Shown here piece after piece: positions 20,154-29,799 of a stretch of DNA of 64,000 nt (its first letter is position 1; each line of letters begins with the position of its first letter). The notes below the pieces were generated by a model that did not search any database, was not told where the DNA came from, and worked only from the letters and a program-made list of their open reading frames with translations. The DNA is from Bacillota bacterium (GTDB lineage: Bacteria > Bacillota > Clostridia > Acetivibrionales > DTU013). The stretch is taken from NCBI GenBank assembly GCA_023409735.1, contig JAEYRB010000063.1:67307-131306 (forward strand), read 5' to 3'. A program made the position numbers and the translations under genes.

Positions 20154-20345
20154 ATTAATCTAACTATACATTTTTTTCTCTGCTTCGTAACAGTAGATGG
20201 CACTAGGGCTACAGGGACTTAATGAAAAATTATAGTACGTTAATCTATTTTTGGATACCGGCTTCAGAGTAAGTTGTTGATTTTGGTAAAGTTTCTTTTT
20301 ATATTAACCGATTCACATAATATTACCTTTTTCATAATTTTAGAT

Positions 20346-20419
20346 ACTGTCTCATATCTGTTCTGGGGTAGTTTTTTACAGTTACTTTTATAGGCTTTAT
20401 TAAAATTCATATGATACAA
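20346..20419 (+). repeat. dispersed ~75-nt repeat, copy 1
   Basis: ACTGTCTCATATCTGTTCTGGGGTAGTTTTTTACAGTTACTTTTATAGGCTTTATTAAAATTCATATGATACAA aligns to 29685-29762 at roughly 80% identity in the same orientation. Confidence 0.8.
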
Positions 20420-21093
20420 CCGTTCGAAACCTCTGCAATTTAATATGGTGTATTTCAAAAAAACATTGCTGGGACTTCTGTTCACTGTCTGGTTATTTGG
20501 TATGCTATTGTATATGGCGGTGCATTTTTCAGGGTATTATCTGCTCAGAAAGAGAATCCAACCATGTCCCCCTTAATACATCATCACAAAATATCTGCTG
20601 CTTTTTCTGTCCTTATACAGGTAATGAGCAAATAAGCATTATATTTGCTATTATCTGCCCGAGCAATCCGAGATATTGCATAATCATTGACTGCCACTGA
20701 ACAAAGAAAAAATAATGGTCTTTTCGTATTGCAGTACATTATCATGCATTCAACAAATGCAAAAACTATTCAATAAATAATGATGTATAAGCTGTTTTCA
20801 ATAAATGATTATTTACAATCACAAAATGCTTATAGAATTGCTGATTTTCCATAGATACAATAGCAAGTGGGAGGAGCAGGGTTCTGTGAATACTAAAAGT
20901 AACTCATGAAAGATAAGATTCAATGGCGCGATGAGTAACTTAATGGCATAGGTTAGCAAGCAGCTTGTTTTACCAAAAATAAACTGCTGAGAAAGTTCAA
21001 AGAGCTTGTGCGTATTGCAAGGCATGTTGTAGATAGATATAAGCTCTCTATAGTAGATATTAGCCTTAAAAATCAAGAAAGGAGGTGAGCTTA

Positions 21094-22056
21094 ATGAGCT
21101 TAAGTCATGAAATCGAAAATCAGAAAGTAATAAAAAAATTCTCGAAAATAATTCTTCTGAAAACGCTTAAAAACATTCGAAAAAATTGGGTACTGTATAT
21201 ATTTCTTTTACCTTGCTTGATTTATGTAGCAATATTTAATTATGCTCCGATGTATGGTATTATTATTGGCTTTAAAAACTTTAAGCCTGCTCTTGGAATA
21301 TGGAATAGTGAATGGGTAGGATTTGCTCATTTTCAACGTTTCTTTGAGTCGTATCAGTTCGGTAGTCTTTTAAGAAACACAGTTACGCTGAGCTTCTATC
21401 TGATTATTGCGAGTTTTCCTTTCCCAATAATTTTAGCGCTGGTACTAAATTATACGACGCTTCCTAAGCTTAAGAAGATTGCACAAACAGCTACATATGC
21501 ACCACGCCTAATTTCAGTAGTTGTTACGGCAGGAATGCTAATTATTTTTTGCAGTCCAAGTGGGTTATTTAATCAGATTGGTGCACTTTTTGGTATTGAG
21601 CCCGTTGCTTTGCTTGGGAAAGAAAATCTTTACCAATCTATCTATGTTTGGTCTTCTGTCTGGCAACGAACAGGGTATCAGGCTGTTATTTATATTGCAG
21701 CATTGACAAGTGTAAGTAGTGAGTTGCATGAGGCTGCGGTTGTTGATGGAGCCAATAAGTTCAAACGTGTATTGCATATTGACATACCTGCTGTTATGCC
21801 AACAATTATTATTCTGTTGATTATGAATGTTGGTAACGTCATGAGCATCGGTTTTGAGAAATCATACTTGCTACAAAATGACCTCAATCTCGGACGAAGC
21901 GAGATAATTGCTACATACGTTTATAAGGCCGGAATCCGGAGCGCCCAATATGGTTATGCTACTGCAATTGGCCTTTTCAATAACATAATAAACCTGACTC
22001 TTTTGATTACTGTTAATAAGGTCTCCAGGACGTTGTCTGGAAAAAGCTTATGGTAA
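21094..22056 (+). CDS. sugar ABC transporter permease, LplB/YtcP-type
   Basis: The ATG at 21094 follows GAAAGGAGGTGA (track start is 21085). It has six TM segments and the EAA-loop region SSELHEAAVVDGANKFKRVLHIDIPAV. Confidence 0.85.
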   Translation: MSLSHEIENQKVIKKFSKIILLKTLKNIRKNWVLYIFLLPCLIYVAIFNYAPMYGIIIGFKNFKPALGIWNSEWVGFAHFQRFFESYQFGSLLRNTVTLSFYLIIASFPFPIILALVLNYTTLPKLKKIAQTATYAPRLISVVVTAGMLIIFCSPSGLFNQIGALFGIEPVALLGKENLYQSIYVWSSVWQRTGYQAVIYIAALTSVSSELHEAAVVDGANKFKRVLHIDIPAVMPTIIILLIMNVGNVMSIGFEKSYLLQNDLNLGRSEIIATYVYKAGIRSAQYGYATAIGLFNNIINLTLLITVNKVSRTLSGKSLW

Positions 22057-22067
22057 GGAGGAACTAG

Positions 22068-22973
22068 ATGCTTTATAAAAGAAAATGGAAGATACACCAG
22101 ACGGCTGGGGATAGAACTTTCGACATTATGGTGAATTCTCTTGCTATTCTTGCAACAATTATTACTGTCTATCCTATTTACTTCGTATTTATGGCATCAT
22201 TAAGTGATCCCTCTGCAATTAATTCTGGGGAGGTTTTGCTTTTTCCTGTTAATCCAAGGCTCACTGCTTATGAACGAATTATTAGGGATTCTAGAATCTG
22301 GACAGGTTACACAAATACGATTTTCTTTACGATTGGAAGCGTAATACTCGGTACTGTGCTAACAGTCCTAGGAGGGTATGCTTTATCGCGAAAGGATCTT
22401 TTGGGTCGTAATTTCTTTATGAAATTATTAGTTTTTACAATGTATTTTAATGGAGGCCTTATACCAACCTATATGGTGATTAAGGGTCTAGGGCTTATCA
22501 ATACGAGCTTTGTTTTAATTCTTCTAGGTTCGTTCTCCTGTTACAATTTGATTATTACACGTACCTTTTTTTTATCAAAAATACCTGATGAAATACTTGA
22601 AGCGGCCAGAATCGATGGATGTGGAAATGGCAGGTCATTTTTCAGCATTGTCCTTCCACTATCAAAGGAGATAGTTTCAGTACTTGTTCTTTTCTTTGCG
22701 GTAAATCAATGGAATTCTTATTTTAATGCTCTGATTTACCTAAATAATCAAAAGCTTTACCCTCTGCAGCTTGTCTTACGTGAAATCCTTATTGCGTCCC
22801 AGATGATAATGAGTGATGGAGTAAGCTCGGAGGAACTAGTCCAGATGCAAAGACTTGCTGAGACAATTAAATACGGGGTTATTATTGTTGCATCAGTGCC
22901 ATTGCTGTTAATATATCCATTCTTACAGAAATTTTTTATTAAAGGTGTAATGGTTGGAAGTATAAAAGGGTAG
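22068..22973 (+). CDS. sugar ABC transporter permease, LplC/YteP-type
   Basis: The RBS is TAAGGAGGA. The EAA loop is PDEILEAARIDGCGNGRSFFSIVLPL. Confidence 0.85.
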   Translation: MLYKRKWKIHQTAGDRTFDIMVNSLAILATIITVYPIYFVFMASLSDPSAINSGEVLLFPVNPRLTAYERIIRDSRIWTGYTNTIFFTIGSVILGTVLTVLGGYALSRKDLLGRNFFMKLLVFTMYFNGGLIPTYMVIKGLGLINTSFVLILLGSFSCYNLIITRTFFLSKIPDEILEAARIDGCGNGRSFFSIVLPLSKEIVSVLVLFFAVNQWNSYFNALIYLNNQKLYPLQLVLREILIASQMIMSDGVSSEELVQMQRLAETIKYGVIIVASVPLLLIYPFLQKFFIKGVMVGSIKG

Positions 22974-23201
22974 CAAAATAATTAATTTGATTACATTAGT
23001 TTGATTTTGGTGGGAGTTGAAATGTTTAGTCTTAAATAAAATCTTTGGGGGAATGCCTATGGAAGTATGCTAGTAAATATTCTATATGCCATCAATACTA
23101 GTTGCAGTACGAAATGTGGTAGAAAACAAATAACATCCTATAAAAGTTTTATACATTAAGGTATGATTATTATAGGAGGAGTTTTAGGGAGGATAAGAAA
23201 A

Positions 23202-24839
23202 GTGAAAAGATTATTATGTGTTTTTATGACCATCATACTTGTTCTTTTTTCCGGATGCGCAACAAATAAGACAAATAAGACAAGTAAAACAGATAATTCC
23301 AATTCCGCTGTTTCCACAGTAGACGGCTCATCAAATAGCAATGATAAAGCAGAAAGTAATATGAATGAACAAGGCTTGCCAATTTTGAAAGAAAAGAAAA
23401 CATACGTAATTGCAGTTGAAAAGGATCCAAAAAGTGAAAATGGGTTTGCAGATAAAGAAGCATCTAAAAAAGCCGAAGAAGCTACAAATATTCATATTGA
23501 TTGGATGGACATTCCTGCTGCGGGCTGGGACGAGCAAGTTAATATCATGATTGCTTCAGGAAACCTTCCTGATGCATTCTGTAGTTCAAGCGGAGTGGAT
23601 ACAATGTCAAATATCGAGCTTTTTACTCCAATATCAAGCCTCATTGAAAAATACGCACCTAATATAAATGAAATGTTAACAACCGACACAAAAGTAAAGA
23701 TGGCGATTACGGCGGAAGATGGTGAAATTTATAGCTTACCTACTGGTAAGGATAGCCCGGCAAAGAAAATTGGACATTCTCTATGGATGAATACGGAATG
23801 GTTGTCAAAGCTTGGACTTTCAATACCTAAAACAACAGATGAATTTGTAGATGTGCTGCGTGCTTTTAAAAATGGAGACCCTAATGGAAATGGCATTGCT
23901 GATGAAATACCTTTTCTTGCTGGTACACATACTTCTGAATCTACAATATATCCTATGTTTGGATCTTTTGGTGTTGTTGAAAATGATGATCATGTGATTT
24001 CACTCGATGGAAAAACAGTTATCTTTACCGGAACACAACCAGGTTACTTTGAGGCTTTAAAATGGTTGCACTCCCTGTATTCAGAGGGACTTTTGGATAA
24101 TGAAATATTTACTCACGACGCAGCACAGGTGAATGCTAAAGGACAGAGCAAGGATATGATTATTGGTTCTATTTTGCTCTGGAGTCCTGACTCAATTGAT
24201 CCTAGGTTTGCTGAGTATGAAATCTTAGAGCCCTTGAAAGGTCCCGATGGAACACAATTGTGGTCTATCAACCGTGAACCGCTTGGACAAATGGAGGGCT
24301 TTGCCATTACGAAAAATTGTGATGATCCTGAAGTACTTGTAAGATATTATGACTATAATATTTCTTCGTTAGAGATAGCTATGTCATGGATGTACGGCCC
24401 TGAATTCGGAGGGACCTGGAAACGTTCTGAAGATAGATGGGAACAGACTACAGAATATGTAACTGAAGGCTCCAGCCTTTCATACATGAAATTTACAGTA
24501 GCCGGTGGAGATCGCAGTCCCATGTATCAGTGGTCGAAGTATTCCAAAATGGAGATCCCTGACGCAAGAAATAAGAAAAAGCTTGCCGGTATAGATCTCT
24601 GCCTGCCGTATGCAGTAACGGTTATGCCAAATGGTGTAGAAAATCCTGAGCGAATGAATCAGAGAAATCTTCTTTTTGTTGACATAAATAACTATATGAA
24701 AAAATTCATGGCAACATCAATTGTAGATGGTATAGATGAAGCAGGTTGGCAGAATCACCTGAAAACATGTGAGCAACTTAAAGTTAATGAGTACACGAAT
24801 TTATGGCAGCAATATTTTGATATGAAGAAGGGAAGTTAA
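23202..24839 (+). CDS. extracellular solute-binding lipoprotein, LplA-type (~545 aa)
   Basis: The GTG at 23202 follows GGGAGGA. The lipobox is LVLFSGC, followed by an N/S/T-rich linker. The size and sequence are typical of large family-1 SBPs paired with LplB/C permeases. Confidence 0.85.
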   Translation: MKRLLCVFMTIILVLFSGCATNKTNKTSKTDNSNSAVSTVDGSSNSNDKAESNMNEQGLPILKEKKTYVIAVEKDPKSENGFADKEASKKAEEATNIHIDWMDIPAAGWDEQVNIMIASGNLPDAFCSSSGVDTMSNIELFTPISSLIEKYAPNINEMLTTDTKVKMAITAEDGEIYSLPTGKDSPAKKIGHSLWMNTEWLSKLGLSIPKTTDEFVDVLRAFKNGDPNGNGIADEIPFLAGTHTSESTIYPMFGSFGVVENDDHVISLDGKTVIFTGTQPGYFEALKWLHSLYSEGLLDNEIFTHDAAQVNAKGQSKDMIIGSILLWSPDSIDPRFAEYEILEPLKGPDGTQLWSINREPLGQMEGFAITKNCDDPEVLVRYYDYNISSLEIAMSWMYGPEFGGTWKRSEDRWEQTTEYVTEGSSLSYMKFTVAGGDRSPMYQWSKYSKMEIPDARNKKKLAGIDLCLPYAVTVMPNGVENPERMNQRNLLFVDINNYMKKFMATSIVDGIDEAGWQNHLKTCEQLKVNEYTNLWQQYFDMKKGS

Positions 24840-26188
24840 TGACACTGATAAACTATCTACCAGATGAATTAACGGAGCACATAAATATTCCCGAAAGAAA
24901 GATACCTGTTATTGCTAAAACTGATATTCTAGTGGTGGGAAGCGGGCCTGCCGGCATAGCTGCTGCTGTTGCTTCTGCACGAACAGGTGCTGATACAATA
25001 TTAGCTGAAAGGTATGGGTGCTTTGGAGGTGCGCTGTCGGTAGGGCAGGTGGAATCATACAACTTCTATATGAATCCTAGAACTGTGGTTTCAGAAGGGA
25101 TTCCTAAAGAAATTGAAAATCGGATGATTGAATTTGGTGCGGTACAAAATGATTATCGTGGAACCGGGAATTTCCTTAATCCTGAAAAATACAAATATCT
25201 CCTTGACTGTTGGATAAGTGAATGTGGTATTCGTCCTCTACTGCACTCAATGGCGGTTGGTGTCATAAAAGAAGATAACTGTGTAAAAGGCGTTATATTC
25301 GAAAGTAAGTCAGGATGTGGGGCTGTTCTTGCAAAACAGATTGTCGATGCTACTGGAGATGGCGATATTGCGGCTTTTGCAGGTGCTGAGTATAAAAAGG
25401 GAAGTGGAGAAGATGGCAGCTTACAACCTGTGACGATGGTATTTGGAGTGAGTGGTGTTAATATTGATATGTTCAATAGTTATATGGCCACTCATACTTC
25501 AGTAGATTATCCTGCAACACATGGTCTGAGAGCACCCTTTGTTCTTGCCGCAAAAGATGGCCAATGGCCTGTGGAGCGAGAAGGCGGAGCTTATAAAACA
25601 GTATTACCCAACGGTGATATTACAAGTTTTAACCTCACACTGGAACGCGGGGTTGACGGAACAAATGTCTTTGACTTAACAATGGCTGAAATACATGGCC
25701 GCTGGCAGGTAATGAGGGCAATAGAGGTTTTACGGAAATATGGAAAGGAAATTGGTTTTGAAGGATGCTGGCTACGCTCAATGGCGGGACAGATTGGTAT
25801 TAGAGAGACCCGTAGGATTATTTGTGAATATAGCATCACAAAGGATGATATTTTGAAACAGGCTGAATTTGATGATTGCGTCGGTGTATTCACAACGTTT
25901 ATTGACCCTTTTGGAACAATTGTTAATCCTAAGGATGAAAGCCATTTCCAAATTCCATACCGTATCCTGTTACCTAAAGGACTGGAGAATTTACTTGTAA
26001 CAGGAAGATGTGTATCGTGTGAAGCCGATGCATTCGGAGCTGTACGCATGATGGTGTGCTGTGCAACAACCGGTCAAGCTGCCGGAACGGCAGCAGCACT
26101 CTCAATCAGGGAGAATAAGGGCTTGAGACAGCTGGATTTAGGATTGCTTCAGGAACAGCTTAAAAATGATGGTGTACGTTTAAACTAA
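24839..26188 (+). CDS. FAD-dependent oxidoreductase (PF12831-like)
   Basis: The start overlaps the SBP stop (TAATG). It carries the dinucleotide-binding motif ILVVGSGPAGIAAAVASARTG and the C-terminal GRCVSCEADAFGAVRMMVCCATTGQAAGTAAAL typical of this family. Confidence 0.8.
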   Translation: MTLINYLPDELTEHINIPERKIPVIAKTDILVVGSGPAGIAAAVASARTGADTILAERYGCFGGALSVGQVESYNFYMNPRTVVSEGIPKEIENRMIEFGAVQNDYRGTGNFLNPEKYKYLLDCWISECGIRPLLHSMAVGVIKEDNCVKGVIFESKSGCGAVLAKQIVDATGDGDIAAFAGAEYKKGSGEDGSLQPVTMVFGVSGVNIDMFNSYMATHTSVDYPATHGLRAPFVLAAKDGQWPVEREGGAYKTVLPNGDITSFNLTLERGVDGTNVFDLTMAEIHGRWQVMRAIEVLRKYGKEIGFEGCWLRSMAGQIGIRETRRIICEYSITKDDILKQAEFDDCVGVFTTFIDPFGTIVNPKDESHFQIPYRILLPKGLENLLVTGRCVSCEADAFGAVRMMVCCATTGQAAGTAAALSIRENKGLRQLDLGLLQEQLKNDGVRLN

Positions 26189-26274
26189 ATAAATAAGTAC
26201 CGGTAGCAGCTTCGTTGCCTGCCAAAAGCAGTTGGCGGGGCTGCAAACCGGTAAATAAGGGATGATTACACATT

Positions 26275-26991
26275 ATGATTAATTACGCGCATAGAGGGGC
26301 ATCTGAAAAAGCTCCTGAAAATACGATGGCTGCATTTTATAAGGCGATAGAAATGGGTGCAAACGGTATTGAGACCGATGTACAGATATCATCAGATAAT
26401 AAGCTTGTTTTATTCCATGATGATACTATGAAAAGGATTATAGGTATTGACAGGTTGATAAGTAGTTTTACATATAAAGAGCTATTGGAATTTGATTTCG
26501 GAGCCCATAAAGGTGCCAAATACAGAAATGAGAAAATAGTGTTGCTAGAGGACTTTTTAAAGTATTTTTCAGCAAAAGATATTACTCTGGCCATTGAAAT
26601 TAAGCAGAATGGCCTTGAACAAGATGTCCTTTCAGCAATAAACACATTTAAATGTAAAGAACGAGTAATTATAACCTCATTTGACTTTGAACACCTCACT
26701 TGCATACGAAAACTTGATAAAGAAATATCTCTTGGATTTCTTACTGAAGATATTAATGAGGAGACTTTGAAAACACTTGAAGAAAACAAAGTTAGACAAA
26801 TATGTCCAAGAGTACAAAATCTTACAAAAGAACATGTTATGAATGCAAAGCTGAAGGGTTTTGATGTTAGAGGCTGGGATGTTAAAGATACTGAGTTGAT
26901 GAAACATGCAATTATTTGCGGCGTAGACGGAATGACGGTGAATTTTCCAGACAAGTTGAATGAATACATAATAACAGGAGAGTTTAAGTAA
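26275..26991 (+). CDS. glycerophosphodiester phosphodiesterase (GDPD family)
   Basis: The catalytic motif block is present: INYAHRGASEKAPENTMAAFYKAIEMGANGIETDVQISSDNKLVLFHDDT. Confidence 0.85.
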   Translation: MINYAHRGASEKAPENTMAAFYKAIEMGANGIETDVQISSDNKLVLFHDDTMKRIIGIDRLISSFTYKELLEFDFGAHKGAKYRNEKIVLLEDFLKYFSAKDITLAIEIKQNGLEQDVLSAINTFKCKERVIITSFDFEHLTCIRKLDKEISLGFLTEDINEETLKTLEENKVRQICPRVQNLTKEHVMNAKLKGFDVRGWDVKDTELMKHAIICGVDGMTVNFPDKLNEYIITGEFK

Positions 26992-27280
26992 TACAAATTT
27001 CTTCTGAGGTATTTAAAGAACACCGCATGATACTGTAAAAAGTATAATTAATTTTGATCTGCAGCCATATTGTCATATCACCATAAGTTTTGATAAAATG
27101 TATTTGTCAAACGGTGAAGTAGCATAAATGTTAAGGCTTTTCTTACAAAATAGGCGAAGCGTTGCAACATATATTGAAGAAGGCACCACAAAGCAAAAAA
27201 ATAATATTTAAGATTTCAGTGAAAGTGCTGTAAATATACCTCCTGTGTTAAATAGTCCGAAATTCGGTAAAGGAGAGGAC

Positions 27281-29515
27281 ATGAAAAGGAAAAAAGTATT
27301 TTGCAGTATTCTTATTTCATATATTGTTATTATTCTGACGCCGGTATTTATCTTGGGCTCTGTATTATTTAATTCATTTTCTACTTTTTTTAAAAACGAA
27401 TTAATCACAGGACAAGTAAATCTATTAAACCGTATTCAAAGCACATTTGATATCTTTATAAGCGAAATGAGTGCGAATTCTCATCTTATGTTCAACTCAT
27501 CAGCATTTACAACGTCGTATATAAAAACAGAATACGGTAATATGTATGATATTACAAGTAAGTTGGCTACTGTATCTTATACAAATAGTTTTATTGACAA
27601 TGTATTTTATGTAAACGATGAAATTAAGCTTGTTTATACACCGGAAACTGTGTATAATTATCAAAATTTTCGAGCTTTTGTTGGAGATTATTCAAATCTA
27701 GATCATGATACTCCTGTTATGCTACTTCAAAATTTGTATAGGTATTGGCTGCCTGAGCAAGATATTAGCTCAGATGGGAAGAAAGTTCTAACCTATGTCA
27801 CTACGGACAAAAGGGGTAGGTTAGCTCCGCGATCATCTATAACCTATCAAATTAATACTGAGACCATTAGCAGGTTGTTCGGTAAGATTGATGAAAAAGC
27901 AGGCATCTGCTTAATAATAGTCGATGAAAACAACAAAATATTGTATTCATCAGACCATAGCTTTTCTGATAAGGTATTTAATGTGTGGAGTGAATTTGCA
28001 GATAAGGATGGGAGCAATCCTGATAATATTGAGATTAATGGGGAAGAAATCTTTTCATATTATATAGATTCAGCTGTAAGCTCACTAAAGTATGTTACTT
28101 TGATTCCATACCAGAGCATTATTGCACCCATAGAAATGTACAAAATGCGCACTTATTTTTTTATTGCTCTTATTGTTCTTCTCGGTAGCTGCTTCATTTC
28201 TTATTTTATGAAGCTAAATTATGCTCCTATCCGAAAAATAGGCAAGCTAGCTCATTCTATTTTTGGGGAATCTCATGAGATGATGGATGAATTTGAGGCT
28301 ACAGAAAAGGCTCTTAATAATATGACTGAGTTGCAGCATATTCAGAGAAAAAACATGATTACTCTAAAGCTTATTAATGGTGGATATAATTCCCTTGAGG
28401 AAATACAGTCTGATAAAGTGTTGGAAAGTCTTGAGCTGCCTGGCCCATTTTTTAGGATTATTGTTTGCTGTATTTCACATTATGGAAAATATCATATAGA
28501 TTCGGGGTTTTACAGTGAGGTTGCAGGTTTTATAAAAGAAACTCTTAACACCTATATAGAATGCATAGTGATTCATCTTCCTAATAATGGTTCTATTTGC
28601 ATTATATTTTCTGGAAAAAAGGCTGAATTAGAAAATCTTGATGATAAATATGTATATTTGAAAAACCTTTTGGAATATACCTACAACCTTAAATTTTCTA
28701 TTGGCATAGGTAAAATTTGTTCTGTTATTGATATGTCGGTATCTTTCCTTCAGGCAGACACGGCAAGTAAATATCAGCTTGTTAAAGGAATAAGCAGTAT
28801 TAATTATTATGAGAGTATTATATCTGAATCTACACTTCAATTTAAGTATCCTGATTATTTAATTGAAGTGTTCTACAATGCAATTAAGCATGGAGATAAG
28901 CAAAAAATTCAGGAAGCAATTACAAGTCTTACAGAATATGTTTCACAGCCTAGGAATATATTCTTTGCAACTTGCTTCTCGTTCGACATTATAAATACAG
29001 CGCTAAAAGCTATGAGGGAGATGAATTACTCGTTTTCAAGCTTTTGCGGAAAGTATCCTGAAATTGTTAATATGTCGTGCCTTAATTCAAAGCAGGACAT
29101 AGAGAAGATTGTAAGAATACTGACTGATGAATTGCTTCAAACAATTCCGGTTAAGGAAGATAGTTCAGAAGCCTGGCAAAGTGAAATCATTTTAAGTGCA
29201 TTTGATCAGATTATGCAATACATATTATCTCACTATAATGAGAGTTCTTTCTCTGCAAAAAGTCTTTCTGCCAGCTTTGGAATGTCTGTCTCTAATATGA
29301 GTCACTATTTTAAGAAGCATACAGGGCAGACTGTATCCGAGTACATTTCGCTATTGCGCTTTGAACGTGCCAAAGAGATTTTAAGGGCAACAGATGTTAA
29401 CCTTAATGAGATATCGCAAATGTGCGGATATTGGAACTTGTCAACCTTTGTTCGTCAGTTTAAGAGCCGTGCAGGCACAACTCCTTCAAATTACCGTAAC
29501 GAGTTTCGGAAGTAA
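27281..29515 (+). CDS. membrane-anchored AraC-family transcriptional regulator (one-component sensor, ~744 aa)
   Basis: The ATG at 27281 follows AAAGGAGAGG. A TM segment sits at the N-terminus and a second near aa 300, flanking a ~270-aa extracytoplasmic domain. The C-terminus has an AraC HTH (...SAKSLSASFGMSVSNMSHYFKKHTGQTVSEYISLLRFERAKEIL...GTTPSNYR). Confidence 0.8.
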   Translation: MKRKKVFCSILISYIVIILTPVFILGSVLFNSFSTFFKNELITGQVNLLNRIQSTFDIFISEMSANSHLMFNSSAFTTSYIKTEYGNMYDITSKLATVSYTNSFIDNVFYVNDEIKLVYTPETVYNYQNFRAFVGDYSNLDHDTPVMLLQNLYRYWLPEQDISSDGKKVLTYVTTDKRGRLAPRSSITYQINTETISRLFGKIDEKAGICLIIVDENNKILYSSDHSFSDKVFNVWSEFADKDGSNPDNIEINGEEIFSYYIDSAVSSLKYVTLIPYQSIIAPIEMYKMRTYFFIALIVLLGSCFISYFMKLNYAPIRKIGKLAHSIFGESHEMMDEFEATEKALNNMTELQHIQRKNMITLKLINGGYNSLEEIQSDKVLESLELPGPFFRIIVCCISHYGKYHIDSGFYSEVAGFIKETLNTYIECIVIHLPNNGSICIIFSGKKAELENLDDKYVYLKNLLEYTYNLKFSIGIGKICSVIDMSVSFLQADTASKYQLVKGISSINYYESIISESTLQFKYPDYLIEVFYNAIKHGDKQKIQEAITSLTEYVSQPRNIFFATCFSFDIINTALKAMREMNYSFSSFCGKYPEIVNMSCLNSKQDIEKIVRILTDELLQTIPVKEDSSEAWQSEIILSAFDQIMQYILSHYNESSFSAKSLSASFGMSVSNMSHYFKKHTGQTVSEYISLLRFERAKEILRATDVNLNEISQMCGYWNLSTFVRQFKSRAGTTPSNYRNEFRK

Positions 29516-29684
29516 TTGAAATACAAGCTAAACATTTTTTGGGGCATGCACTTGTTCAAGATAAAAATGTGAATGCAAGCTATCACATATATAGATTACA
29601 CTTGTTTTGGGATTCAACTATTAAAGTAAATTTTGTGATAAGTGGTAATATTAATTCAATTTATGACTTAAGAGAATTTAAGGG

Positions 29685-29762
29685 ACTGCCTCATATCTGT
29701 TCTGGGGTGGTCCTTTTTATAGTTTCTTTTGTATAGACTTTATTATAATTCATATGATACAA
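29685..29762 (+). repeat. dispersed ~75-nt repeat, copy 2
   Basis: ACTGCCTCATATCTGTTCTGGGGTGGTCCTTTTTATAGTTTCTTTTGTATAGACTTTATTATAATTCATATGATACAA is in the same orientation as copy 1. It ends 37 nt before the MATE start codon. Confidence 0.8.
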
Positions 29763-29799
29763 TCTTTTAGTATATTTTTAGACCGTGGAGGAGTACTAA

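Noticed and set aside
20264-20485. 73-aa minus-strand ORF, and 29539..29736 plus-strand ORF, overlapping the dispersed repeat copies
   Set aside because: The two copies differ by frameshifting indels, so no common reading frame is preserved. The repeat is more likely non-coding.
10891-21084. Catabolite-responsive (cre) sites in the sugar-gene spacers
   Set aside because: I inspected the candidate TG.AA..C.. strings upstream of the GH8, GH36 and GH13 genes, and likewise upstream of the GH31 gene (about 57630-57660). None matched WTGNAANCGNWNNCW without indels.
26337-27023. 228-aa ORF antisense to the whole GDPD gene
   Set aside because: The sense strand has unmistakable GDPD catalytic motifs. 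The antisense product is S/F/I-rich and low in complexity, as expected from mirror frames of AT-rich genes.
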